From: Bacilli bacterium
Lineage (GTDB): Bacteria > Bacillota_I > Bacilli_A > RFN20 > UBA1709
Length of the DNA: 64,000 nt
Assembly (NCBI GenBank): GCA_050949315.1
Contig: JBMNFL010000001.1
Location: 826,413-890,412, forward strand
Reading direction: 5' to 3'
The notes beneath the pieces were generated by a model. The model searched no databases. It was not told the DNA's origin and saw nothing but the letters and a program-made list of their open reading frames with translations. The first letter of the stretch is position 1; every line of letters starts with the position of its first letter. Positions 20,534 through 30,757 of the stretch are shown piece by piece. The position numbers were made by a program, and so were the translations under genes.

Positions 20534-20555
20534 CTAAAAGCCAGGCGTTTTCTAA

Positions 20556-22193
<1,638 letters not shown>

Positions 22194-22195
22194 AA

Positions 22196-22540
22196 ATGGA
22201 AAAGAAGAAACACTTGTATATCCTTTGGACTAATCCAGATCCTTTGACAGCGAAGTTAATGGTAATGATGTATGCGACCAATAGTCTTCTAAGAGAATGG
22301 TGGGAAGAGGTTACCGTTTGTATTTGGGGTGCGACCACTAAATTGGTTGCGGAGAATTTAGAAATCCAAGCCGAAGTTTTAAAAGCCCAGAAAGCTGGTG
22401 TTAAGTTTGAGGCTTGTATTGCCTGTGCTAGAGAACTTGGCGTGATTGAGGATTTAGAAAAATTAGGTGTTAAGGTCTTTTCTTGGGGCCCAGAATTAAC
22501 AGAACGTTTAAAAAATGATGACAAACTAATCACCGTTTAG
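22196..22540 (+). CDS. DsrE/DsrF-like family protein
   Basis: Small peroxiredoxin/DsrE-like fold with a conserved Cys (ACIACA). RBS AAAGGAG. Confidence 0.55.
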   Translation: MEKKKHLYILWTNPDPLTAKLMVMMYATNSLLREWWEEVTVCIWGATTKLVAENLEIQAEVLKAQKAGVKFEACIACARELGVIEDLEKLGVKVFSWGPELTERLKNDDKLITV

Positions 22541-22586
22541 TTATAATAATCATTGTTTAGTTGCAAGTTATTTAAGAGGAGGAAAA

Positions 22587-23105
22587 ATGGAAAAGAAATT
22601 AGAAGACTATGTATTAACCATTCCTGATTTTCCCGAGCCGGGCACGATGTTTAGGGACATCACTTCGGTACTCCAAAGCTCCGAAGGTCTAAATTTAGCC
22701 ATTAAGGAATTGGAGAAAGTTGTTAAGAACTTAGATTTTGATCTAGTTGCTGGAACGGAGTCGCGCGGCTTTATTTTTGGTATGCCTATCGCCTACAATC
22801 TGCGCAAGCCTTTTATTCCCGTTCGCAAAAAGGGAAAATTACCTCGCGAAACTTTAGCCATTGATTATAATTTAGAATATGGTAAAGCCACTTTAGAGAT
22901 TCATAAAGATGCGATTCTTAAGGGACAAAGAGTTGTTTTAATTGATGATCTTATCGCTACAGGAGGCACCTTAGCGGCGGCCATTAAACTGATTGAAAAA
23001 TTAGGAGGCCTCGTCGTTGCGGTAGTGGTTTTAATGGAATTAGAAAGCATGCATGGTCGCAGAGCCCTTAAAAATTATCCTTTATATTCTATTCTTAAAT
23101 ATTAA
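22587..23105 (+). CDS. apt: Adenine phosphoribosyltransferase
   Basis: PRPP-binding motif VLIDDLIATGGT. RBS GAGGAGG. Confidence 0.9.
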   Translation: MEKKLEDYVLTIPDFPEPGTMFRDITSVLQSSEGLNLAIKELEKVVKNLDFDLVAGTESRGFIFGMPIAYNLRKPFIPVRKKGKLPRETLAIDYNLEYGKATLEIHKDAILKGQRVVLIDDLIATGGTLAAAIKLIEKLGGLVVAVVVLMELESMHGRRALKNYPLYSILKY

Positions 23106-23118
23106 ATAACTGACAAAT

Positions 23119-23146
23119 AAAACTCTCCTGCAAGAGTTTTTTTGTT
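23119..23146. terminator. Bidirectional intrinsic terminator between convergent apt and the ligase-like gene
   Basis: AAAACTCT-cctgca-AGAGTTTT with T-runs on both sides. Confidence 0.7.
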
Positions 23147-23150
23147 TATT

Positions 23151-24503
23151 CTAAAAGGGTAACATTAAATCTTCACGAGGACTTCTTTCCGCCTGTCCTA
23201 GAATTAAAACCAAGATAAAAAGATAAACAAAATTAAAATAAGAAACATCAATCAATCCGTAAAGTCCGCTGCCTACCATCCCAAAAAGAACTAGAGTTTT
23301 AAATGTATTACGCCTAAATAATAAGATGAAATACTTTTGAATAAAGTGAAGGCCATAAGCCGCGCAGCCCACTAAACCTAGCTTAGCCATAATATCAAGA
23401 ACAGTTGAGTGATAAAAACCAATTACTGCATCGGTACTAGCGCTGTAATTAGTACCTTCTCCCAAAAGTCGGTTATTTTTAAAGGTTTCTATAGCTTTAG
23501 GATATAAAGGATCAGGTCCATCCCAACGCCCCGAACTATCAAAAATGCCCTCTTCAATAAGGGTATCTAAAAAGTGTTGAGCATGGATTTTAACGATGTC
23601 CCAACTATGGACACATAAACCTGTTATCAAAACTAAAGAGAGTAGACAATAAAGTACCAAAAGCTTTTTTTGTTTCTTCTTGGTTTTTTTGAAAACATAG
23701 ATAAGAGTGATGATAAAAGTTGGGATTAAAACCCCAATACCCCCTCGTGAAAGGGTGGCAAGACAAGCTAGGAATTGTAAGAAGAGTAACAAGACATGGA
23801 TGGGGTTAATTCTGTCTTGTAAAAGAGAGTAGGCACTAACAGGTATAATCATTACTAAAATTAGGGCGATGGTATTAGTATTGGCCCATTTGACTGAAAG
23901 GCTATCAAAGGGACTATGGGCGTCGAAATAGTTAGAAAACACTTGAAAAGCAATTACTGTTCCCATATAAAGCAAGGTTTTAGCAAAATACCGATTATCC
24001 ACTCTGTTATTCGTAAAAGAGAGAATAAGATACATAAAAAGAATAACGGCGTAGGCTAAAACATCGCTATGTCGATAGACGAAAATCACATCAACACCAT
24101 TGGTATTAGTGCCACTTAGGAACATGGAAACGCCAATGGCTATAAAACCAAGTAGTAGCCAGCAGGAATTAAATTTAAAATTACGAAGCAAAAAATAAAC
24201 ACTTTCAACAATGATTAGAACTGCTAAAAGTGCAAGATAAGCTAAGGGTAGTTCGGCTAAGATCTCTGCGTTATTTAAGCCATGGATATCTGTCCTAGCG
24301 ATATTCATTATTAAGGCGGCTATGGTTAAAGCCAGTAGTGGTGAAGAATCATCTTGAGTGAAGACAATGGCTGAATAAACAACAAAAATAAAGGTTCCGC
24401 TTATAATTGGTGAGAAACCCAGGGTCCAATTTAAAATGGTAAATAGAGCGATAAATAAAAGATAATATTCACTGCGGAAAAAAGCATTAAAAACCTTTTT
24501 CAT
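23151..24503 (-). CDS. O-antigen ligase/polymerase-like (Wzy_C-family) polytopic membrane protein
   Basis: About 12 TM helices with a central LATLSRGGIG-type loop. Minus-strand RBS AGGTGA. Confidence 0.55.
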   Translation of the reverse strand: MKKVFNAFFRSEYYLLFIALFTILNWTLGFSPIISGTFIFVVYSAIVFTQDDSSPLLALTIAALIMNIARTDIHGLNNAEILAELPLAYLALLAVLIIVESVYFLLRNFKFNSCWLLLGFIAIGVSMFLSGTNTNGVDVIFVYRHSDVLAYAVILFMYLILSFTNNRVDNRYFAKTLLYMGTVIAFQVFSNYFDAHSPFDSLSVKWANTNTIALILVMIIPVSAYSLLQDRINPIHVLLLFLQFLACLATLSRGGIGVLIPTFIITLIYVFKKTKKKQKKLLVLYCLLSLVLITGLCVHSWDIVKIHAQHFLDTLIEEGIFDSSGRWDGPDPLYPKAIETFKNNRLLGEGTNYSASTDAVIGFYHSTVLDIMAKLGLVGCAAYGLHFIQKYFILLFRRNTFKTLVLFGMVGSGLYGLIDVSYFNFVYLFILVLILGQAERSPREDLMLPF

Positions 24504-24521
24504 CCAAGCATCACCTTATTG

Positions 24522-24550
24522 ATTATAATAAACTTAAATAAAAGTAGCAA
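24522..24550 (-). promoter_or_regulatory. sigma70 promoter on the minus strand (TTGCTA-17-TATAAT) for the ligase-like gene
   Basis: Reverse complement of 24545-24550 is TTGCTA and of 24522-24527 is TATAAT, with a 17-bp spacer. Confidence 0.55.
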
Positions 24551-24585
24551 TTAAAAGAAAAAGTTCTTATCTTGAATAAAGGGTG

Positions 24586-24594
24586 TGCTATAAT
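24586..24594 (+). promoter_or_regulatory. Extended -10 promoter (TGcTATAAT) placing the TSS a few nt upstream of the tRNA-Pro(CGG) 5' end
   Basis: TGCTATAAT ends 11 nt before the tRNA 5' end. Confidence 0.55.
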
Positions 24595-24605
24595 TAACTA
24601 GCAAT

Positions 24606-24682
24606 CGGGGTGTAGCGCAGCTTGGTAGCGCGTTTGGTTCGGGACCAAAAGGCCGCGAGTTCGAATCTCGCCACTCCGACCA
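24606..24682 (+). tRNA. tRNA-Pro (anticodon CGG)
   Basis: Manual fold:
- acceptor CGGGGTG/CACTCCG (one G-U);
- D-arm GCGC-AGCTTGGTA-GCGC;
- anticodon arm TTTGG-TTCGGGA-CCAAA;
- T-arm GCGAG-TTCGAAT-CTCGC;
- encoded CCA.
Paralog of the tRNA at 14178. Confidence 0.8.
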
Positions 24683-24692
24683 ATTAAGAAAA

Positions 24693-24720
24693 GAAGTCTA
24701 GAAAAAACTAGACTTTTTTG
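24693..24720 (+). terminator. Intrinsic terminator after tRNA-Pro(CGG)
   Basis: Perfect AAGTCTAG-aaaaaa-CTAGACTT stem followed by TTTTTT. Confidence 0.75.
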
Positions 24721-24852
24721 AATAATTTTAAAGAAAGAAAGCGAAATAAAAACAAGGCTAACGCAGAAAAATGCGGAATCCGCAAAAATATTAAATAGAG
24801 AAACTAGACTTTTATCTATTTTAAAAGGTAAAATTAAAAGGAGGTTTAAAAG

Positions 24853-25710
24853 ATGAAATTTATCAACGCAATCACAACGATTAATAAAGTGTTTCCTAAC
24901 GGAGTTTTTAATTTAGAGAAATGGAAAGAATATATCCATTTTTATTTACCAGATAAGAGCCACCTTTTCTTAGAAGACATGCAAGAAGTCTTATCTAAGG
25001 GTTTTAGTTATGATAAAGACTATCTTCCCTTATTTCAAAGGGTTTATGAGGATAGCAAAACGCGTTTAGAAATTGTAAAGAATTTTGAATCAATCACTAC
25101 GGGTTTAAATGAAAAGATTCAACAAACATTTAAACGAAGCATTGAGGCCACCATCATGCTTTATCTAGGTCTTGGTAATGGGGCGGGGTGGGCCTTAGAA
25201 ATTGACGACAAGGCTTATGTTCTTTTAGGGATTGAAAAAATTATGGAATTAAACTGGGGTGATAAAAAAACTTTAACTAGTTTAATTAATCATGAATTAG
25301 GACATCTTTATCAAGCACAGTATGGTGTTTTAGCAAGAACTTTTAAAAAGCCTAGTTCGCACTTCCTTTGGCAACTATTTACTGAGGGGGTGGCCATGTA
25401 TTTTGAACAGACATTGCTTAATGATTATGATTATTTTCATCAGGATAAAGATGGCTGGTTAAGTTGGTGTGAACAAAATCAAAAAAGCATCAAAGAAGAC
25501 TTTGCTAAAGATTTAGAAAGTATGAGTTTTTCTAATCAACGTTATTTTGGTGATTGGGTTTATTATCAGGGTAAAAGTGATGTGGGTTACTATCTAGGTG
25601 CGCGCTTTGTTCAGTTCATCTGTCGCAAATTTTTATTTGCGGATATTTTAAGATTTTCTCTAAAACAGGTGCAAAAAGAGTTCAATTGTTTCATAAAAGC
25701 CGATGAATAA
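24853..25710 (+). CDS. DUF2268-like putative Zn-dependent protease (HExxH)
   Basis: HELGH zinc-binding motif (INHELGHLYQ). RBS AAAGGAGG. Confidence 0.55.
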   Translation: MKFINAITTINKVFPNGVFNLEKWKEYIHFYLPDKSHLFLEDMQEVLSKGFSYDKDYLPLFQRVYEDSKTRLEIVKNFESITTGLNEKIQQTFKRSIEATIMLYLGLGNGAGWALEIDDKAYVLLGIEKIMELNWGDKKTLTSLINHELGHLYQAQYGVLARTFKKPSSHFLWQLFTEGVAMYFEQTLLNDYDYFHQDKDGWLSWCEQNQKSIKEDFAKDLESMSFSNQRYFGDWVYYQGKSDVGYYLGARFVQFICRKFLFADILRFSLKQVQKEFNCFIKADE

Positions 25711-25795
25711 TAATCAAAAAAGGTGCTAAAAATCAAGGAATTTAGTAAAAAAAGCAAAAAAAATAAAAAAAAGTGAAAAATTTTTAAAAAAAGGT

Positions 25796-25824
25796 TTGCA
25801 ATCTCTAAAAATATATGTTTTAAT
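25796..25824 (+). promoter_or_regulatory. sigma70 promoter (TTGCAA-17-TGtTTTAAT) in a poly(A)-rich region
   Basis: Good -35, 17-bp spacer and extended -10. Drives a ~160-nt structured leader upstream of gene 25988. Confidence 0.55.
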
Positions 25825-25867
25825 ATGCTCGGCAAAGCTATGGAAACATAGTGACGCAAAGCTATAG

Positions 25868-25930
25868 GGCCTCAAATGGTAGCCAGTTGCACGAAAGGTC
25901 GACAATTGGTTAATATTTGAGGCCTTTTAG
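25868..25930 (+). terminator. Leader (attenuator-like) intrinsic terminator upstream of gene 25988
   Basis: 10-bp perfect stem GGCCTCAAAT/ATTTGAGGCC around an inner imperfect hairpin (CCAGTTG...CAATTGG), followed by TTTTAGTTT. Preceded by a direct repeat GCAAAGCTAT(G/A)G x2 and a GNRA-capped mini-hairpin CTATGgaaaCATAG. Confidence 0.5.
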
Positions 25931-25987
25931 TTTCTAAGGAGGGAAGAAGTTTAACAACAAAACACCAAAACCTTAGAAAAAGCCAGA

Positions 25988-26755
25988 ATGGCAAGACAAC
26001 TTGGTCTTTCCAAAATAAGTGAGGTGATAGGTATTAAAACAAGTATTATAGCTAAGTTCCAAGCACTGATCTTACGTAGAGTGTTTGTAACTAGAGCACT
26101 AGCAATAGTCTCTGGCATACTTGGTTTAACAATCGCCCTAACTTACTATGGAATAAACGTTGGAAACTTTGTCATCAGTGTTGAAGGGAATTATGTTGCT
26201 TCAATTGCTCTAACGGTCGATGAGAATAAAGAAGATCTCAGATCGACTCTGATTGCGGATAATCAAAGAGACATACTCGACGCCGATTATTCCTTTATCC
26301 CAAGTACCGTAACCGAGGGATTAGGCAACAAATACTCCGAAAGCGCTCGCTACTACGCCTATTCGTTCTATCTAGTGAACGTAGGGACAGTAGCCGTTAA
26401 CTACACGATGGAATTCAATCTAGTAAGAGCTAATAAGCAACTAGACTCCATCCTAAGAGTGATGATAGTTAAAGATGAACAAGAAACAATTTACGCCAAG
26501 GCCAGAGAAACCGAAAGCCATTATGGCGAACCGGAACCCGTAATTGTTGGACGGGCCGACAACATCATCGGTTATACAACCCCCTTCATTGAAGATCAAA
26601 CTAAAGCAATTATTCGCGAAACCTACTATGATTTTCAAGAAAATGAATCCCATCGTTATACAGTGGTCATGTGGTTGGATGGCTGGGATGCTGAACAAGT
26701 AGACGAGATGAAAGGTGCCGCCTTACAAACGGAAATCAAATTCACAATTTTGTAA
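25988..26755 (+). CDS. Hypothetical membrane-anchored (signal-anchor) secreted protein, co-transcribed with a TasA-like gene
   Basis: N-terminal hydrophobic helix (ALAIVSGILGLTIALTYYGIN), then a soluble domain. The nearest GGAGGG is 45 nt upstream, so the start is uncertain. Confidence 0.5.
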   Translation: MARQLGLSKISEVIGIKTSIIAKFQALILRRVFVTRALAIVSGILGLTIALTYYGINVGNFVISVEGNYVASIALTVDENKEDLRSTLIADNQRDILDADYSFIPSTVTEGLGNKYSESARYYAYSFYLVNVGTVAVNYTMEFNLVRANKQLDSILRVMIVKDEQETIYAKARETESHYGEPEPVIVGRADNIIGYTTPFIEDQTKAIIRETYYDFQENESHRYTVVMWLDGWDAEQVDEMKGAALQTEIKFTIL

Positions 26756-26777
26756 ATGAAAGGAAAAGGAAAAAATT

Positions 26778-27557
26778 ATGAAACTATCTAAAAAATTATT
26801 TGCAGCCGCTGCCACATTAGGCTTAGCTGTCGCTGCCACTGTCGGGTCGACTTATGCTTGGTTCTCTATGAACACAACTGTTACTGCTACAGGTATGCAG
26901 GTAACTGCAAAGTCCGATAACACATTCTTGCTCATCAGTGCAACTAATACAACAGCAGCTAATATTCAAACTGAAGGTGCAATAACTGTTGCATTGACCG
27001 TAACCGATGAAGAATCTAAAGTATACCCATCAAAACCGATGGAAGAGAGTGAAGTTGGCGCAGGCAATTTGTTTGAAACCGGTACTGCTGTAACCGATAC
27101 AGCAACCGCTGCTGTTCCTGCAAACTGGTACACTGCAAATAGTTCTGATCCTGCATCAAGTACAATGGATACAAACAGTGCAAATCCTTTGGGATCATTT
27201 GCAGGTTATGTTATCACAAAAACAGTATATCTTACTGTAGCAGAGGGAGCAAATGATGTTAATAATCTCAAAGTTACTCCCACTATTACAGCAAAGGACA
27301 GCAAAACAATCGATGCAGCTAAAATCCTTGTTATAACAAGCGATGGTGGTTTCGCAACGTTGACATCCACAATGAGTGGTACTAGCATAGATATTAAAGG
27401 TGTTAATACAAACCTGTCTGATGAAACCGTTCTTACTGTAAACATTTACATATACTATGACGGAAGCGATGCATCTGTTAATACAAACAATGTGGCAAAT
27501 CTTGACGGTGCAACCATAGACCTCGCATTTAATGTTGATGCTGTTCCTGCTACTTGA
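26778..27557 (+). CDS. TasA/camelysin (peptidase M73)-like secreted protein with a SipW-cognate-type signal peptide
   Basis: N-terminus MKLSKKLFAAAATLGLAVAATVGSTYAWFS matches the ...vGGgTyAyFsD SipW-type motif of the TasA/CalY family. Ser/Thr/Asn/Ala-rich beta-rich body. Confidence 0.6.
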   Translation: MKLSKKLFAAAATLGLAVAATVGSTYAWFSMNTTVTATGMQVTAKSDNTFLLISATNTTAANIQTEGAITVALTVTDEESKVYPSKPMEESEVGAGNLFETGTAVTDTATAAVPANWYTANSSDPASSTMDTNSANPLGSFAGYVITKTVYLTVAEGANDVNNLKVTPTITAKDSKTIDAAKILVITSDGGFATLTSTMSGTSIDIKGVNTNLSDETVLTVNIYIYYDGSDASVNTNNVANLDGATIDLAFNVDAVPAT

Positions 27558-27628
27558 TTTAGAAAAACAAAATATTACATCATACTAAGTTGTTGACATA
27601 AATCTCAAAACCACATATCTTAACTCCA

Positions 27629-27666
27629 CCCCGTGCTTGTAGTAACAGGCACGGGGTAATTTTTAT
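27629..27666 (+). terminator. Strong intrinsic terminator at the end of the low-GC block
   Basis: CCCCGTGC-12 nt loop-GCACGGGG followed by TAATTTTTA. Confidence 0.7.
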
Positions 27667-27756
27667 GCAAACGATAGATCCAAACTGGGCCACGGAAAAC
27701 GATGGGTGCATGACATACAACAAAGTGACACCGACACCAACGGATAGAGTACAATA

Positions 27757-29065
27757 AAGTTCGCAATTTCGAGAAGGTATAGAAAAGCCATTGGGACTCC
27801 TTTAAAATGAATGGTGTCAAGACATTCAAAAAGGAGTTGGTCCCAATGACTCAAGGAAAGAATAACACAGATCTTACGGAATTGCTACTGAAATGTATGG
27901 CGGAGCCCGACCCGATGCTCAGTATGCTGGAATGGCTCTGCGCTCAACTGATGGAGGCGGAGGTTTCCGGCCTTGTGGGGGCGGAAAAGAATGCGCACAA
28001 TCCGTCTCGAAGTGACTACCGCTGCGGATATCGTCCCCGGAGGCTGGATACTCGCGTAGGGACGATGTATCTCATGGTGCCAAAGCTGCGCAGCCATGGA
28101 TATATCCCGTTCTTTGTCACTGAACGCAAACGCAGCGAGGCGGCGCTGGTACAGGTTATTCAGGAGGCATTCGTGCAGGGCGTGTCCACACGGAAGATGG
28201 AAAAGTTGGCTCACAGTCTGGGGATAGAGAACCTCTCCCGCAGTCAGGTCAGTGAGATGACAAAAGGGCTCAATGAACAGGTACAGGAATTTCGCAACCG
28301 TTCTCTGACGGATACTCGTTATCCTGTCATTTGGACGGATGCCCTGTACGAAAAAGTCCGTATGGATGGCCGTGTCGTCAGCATGGCGGTGATGGTTGTC
28401 TGCGGCGTCAACGAGCAAGGGCACAGGGACATTCTCGCCGTGGAGCCGATGCTGGACGAATCCAAAGAGAGCTATTCCCAGTTGTTTCAAAGTCTTTTGG
28501 ATCGCGGCTTGAAAACACCGCTGCTGGTGGTTTCCGATGCGAACAAAGGGCTGATTGCCGCCATCCGAGAAAGTTTTCCCGGCGCATCCTGGCAACGCTG
28601 CAAAGTGCATTTCATGCGAAATATTCTGGCCCATATACCGCAGAAAGAAAAAGAATCCTTTGCGGTCCAACTGAAAGAAATCTGGCTGGCGCCTTCCGTC
28701 CAATTAGCGCGACAGCGCGCAAAACAGTTGTCGGAGCAATATGGGAAGCGGTTTCCCAAAGCAATCGAGCTTCTGGAAGACGGGCTGGAGGACTCACTGG
28801 CTTTCTATGCATTCCCCGAGCTTGATGCCCGTAAAATCTCATCGACCAATATGCTGGAACGGCTGAACAAGGAAATCCGGCGCAGAACCAACGTCGTCGG
28901 GATATTCCCAAACAAAGATTCCTATCTGCGGTTGGTTACAACATATCTCATGGAATACGCTGAAGACTGGTCCGTTTCCAGAGCATATTTGAATCCCAAA
29001 TCGATTCAGACACTTCTGCTAAGCGCAGCTTAATTCATTTCGTGGAGTCCCCAAATTGCGAACTT
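27757..29065 (+). mobile_element. IS256-family insertion sequence (~1.3 kb)
   Basis: 13-bp terminal inverted repeats AAGTTCGCAATTT (27757-27769) / AAATTGCGAACTT (29053-29065). Each end also has a GGGACTCC / GGAGTCCC sub-terminal repeat. A single transposase ORF lies inside. Confidence 0.7.
27846..29033 (+). CDS. IS256-family (mutator-type) transposase
   Basis: Typical IS256 transposase sequence (MTQGKNNTDLTELL...DANKGLIAAI...WQRCKVHFMRN...). ATG 27846 after an AAGGAG RBS. Confidence 0.85.
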   Translation: MTQGKNNTDLTELLLKCMAEPDPMLSMLEWLCAQLMEAEVSGLVGAEKNAHNPSRSDYRCGYRPRRLDTRVGTMYLMVPKLRSHGYIPFFVTERKRSEAALVQVIQEAFVQGVSTRKMEKLAHSLGIENLSRSQVSEMTKGLNEQVQEFRNRSLTDTRYPVIWTDALYEKVRMDGRVVSMAVMVVCGVNEQGHRDILAVEPMLDESKESYSQLFQSLLDRGLKTPLLVVSDANKGLIAAIRESFPGASWQRCKVHFMRNILAHIPQKEKESFAVQLKEIWLAPSVQLARQRAKQLSEQYGKRFPKAIELLEDGLEDSLAFYAFPELDARKISSTNMLERLNKEIRRRTNVVGIFPNKDSYLRLVTTYLMEYAEDWSVSRAYLNPKSIQTLLLSAA

Positions 29066-29097
29066 CTCTTGACATAGCCCACCAACGTTTGCCCATA

Positions 29098-29147
29098 AAT
29101 CGTTTTCTTGATACAGGAATCGTTTTCACATAGGCATAATCGTTTTC
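29098..29147. repeat. Three direct 10-bp repeats AATCGTTTTC at exact 20-bp periodicity, just outside the IS right end
   Basis: Copies at 29098, 29118 and 29138. Confidence 0.6.
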
Positions 29148-29158
29148 TTATACAAAAA

Positions 29159-29215
29159 CCGCTTAAGATCATAGGTGCAGTAACATGCATTCTAATAGTC
29201 TTAAGCGGCTTTTTT
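29159..29215. terminator. Bidirectional terminator-like hairpin (CCGCTTAAG...CTTAAGCGG, 32-nt loop) with T-runs on both strands
   Basis: 9-bp perfect stem followed by CTTTTTTATT. Confidence 0.5.
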
Positions 29216-29319
29216 ATTTATTTTAACCCTGAGCTCATCAGGCAGATTTGAAATACCTTGGAACAAAGTTGTATAATTTCAAACGTTCGTTGAATAAAAC
29301 AACAGTAAGGGTTAGGACA

Positions 29320-29413
29320 CCATCGCCTCCGTTGGCACGATAGCATCAGCTTGATGTCGGGTATGTATTTTTCATTTTTTCCGTTCTCGGGAACAGGTCA
29401 ATAATAGGGTTTG
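29320..29413. repeat. ~90-bp direct repeat, copy A (ends with the iteron CCGTTCTCGGGAACAGGTCAAT)
   Basis: About 88% identical to 30208-30307. It contains one copy of the 22-bp iteron unit. Confidence 0.6.
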
Positions 29414-29594
29414 AGTCTCGCCGCCTCCGTTGTGTTTCCTGCACTACTTTGATACAATGCACCATTTTCTTCTGTCGGCGAGCTTTCGTTAACGAGCAGG
29501 GTATCGTTAACGAGCACGTAGGATGAAAGAGCTGTCGTATCAGAGCACTCCATGTCTGTCCGAAAATTTTAGTTTTTTTCCCATGTTGAGTAAA

Positions 29595-29897
29595 TCACGC
29601 ATCATTATTTATGATTGCCTCTAGCTGAGGTAAGCTCCCACAAAGATCTGGGTCATAGTGTTGGTAAATCAATCTCGTAATCTGGGAAGGTTCTATTCCC
29701 GTTCTTAAAATTTTCAGCATGACAGTGCTGAAATCATCACGGTTCCCACCGTCAATTAAAGCAGCTTCATCTCCCTCAATAATTAGATAGGGATTGCAGT
29801 GAAGACCTCTGTTTTCATCAGAGTAACCGACCCAGTAAACACCCTCGGCAATATCTACCGGTTCTTTTTCTAAAGATTCCATTTTAATTTTCACGGT
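29595..29897 (-). pseudogene. N-terminal fragment (99 codons) of a flavodiiron protein (metallo-beta-lactamase-fold FprA/ROO-like)
   Basis: GTG start with an AGGAGG RBS. VYWVGYSDENRGLHCNPYLIIEGDEAALIDGG is the FDP N-terminal MBL motif. The ORF stops after 99 aa, whereas full-length FDPs are ~400 aa. Confidence 0.55.
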
Positions 29898-29950
29898 TTA
29901 TTCCTCCTTGTTGGCAATATAACTTTTCATATCTTCTATAACTAAAGCAT

Positions 29951-30079
29951 CCAACCTGACCACACAACCTCAACTTTTTCAAAAAACATCTAAATCGACC
30001 ACTCGCGAACCCATGTTATCCAAACTGACCACTCGTCAAACACCGACATCTAAATCGCTCTGTCACGTTCAAAATCATG
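29951..30079. repeat. Two degenerate tandem ~65-bp units (CCAAmCTGACCAC...ACATCTAAATCG...)
   Basis: Unit 1 at 29951-30019 and unit 2 at 30020-30079 share CCAA(C/A)CTGACCAC and ACATCTAAATCG cores. Confidence 0.5.
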
Positions 30080-30207
30080 CCTTTGGACTTGTTCCCACGA
30101 ACCGATATTTTCACAAATTTTACACATTGTATTTTAACTCTCAAACCTCGAAAAGCCCAATATTACTGGACTTTTGACACACTCACTTCTCAACCCTTGA
30201 CATCAAT

Positions 30208-30307
30208 ACCACCGTCTCAACGTGGAACGAGAGCATCAGGTTGATGTCTGGTATGTATTCTTCGTTTTGTCCGTTCTCGGGAACAGGTCAATAGTGGTTT
30301 TTATGGG
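30208..30307. repeat. ~90-bp direct repeat, copy B
   Basis: Aligns with 29320-29413 at an 888-890 bp offset. Confidence 0.6.
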
Positions 30308-30366
30308 TACTCTCTGTTCAAGGGAACAGGTCAATGGTTTTTATCCGTTCGGGGGAACAAGTCGAT
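30271..30366. repeat. Three 22-bp iteron-like direct repeats (CCGTTCTCGGGAACAGGTCAAT / CTGTTCAAGGGAACAGGTCAAT / CCGTTCGGGGGAACAAGTCGAT)
   Basis: Starts at 30271, 30314 and 30345. A fourth copy sits in repeat A at 29381. Confidence 0.6.
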
Positions 30367-30757
30367 ACATGGGGTTTAATTCCTGTCATCTCCGGTGGCA
30401 AAGGTACTATCTATTAATAAAATGCACCGCTCAAATCAAATCGTTATAAGATGCACCCCTTTTGCACACCCTATTTTCAGCCGCCCTGATGTTTGTTATC
30501 CGTTATTCGCAGAATACCTCAATGGTACGCAGTTGAAAATCAATATTTTATAAACTTAGCTCCTGGAACGCCACAAATGCTGCATTTTTCCGGGACTAAT
30601 TTTTCTATATTTCCGCAGACAGGGCAGAGGAAGTAGAAAACTTCTTCTGTATGTCAAAGACTCTCTAATGCATCCTGATAAAGTCCGGCATGAACCTCTT
30701 CCGCTTTCAAAGCAAAGGTAAAGGAGAAAATTCCTACAATAGACTATAACACTTCAG

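Noticed and set aside
27885-28703. 272-aa minus-strand ORF and other small ORFs inside the IS
   Set aside because: Antisense to or overlapping the IS256 transposase, which has clear family similarity.
30271-30366. Possible CRISPR array
   Set aside because: Only three imperfect 22-bp units with unequal spacing (43 and 31 bp). No uniform spacers and no cas genes. Better described as iterons.
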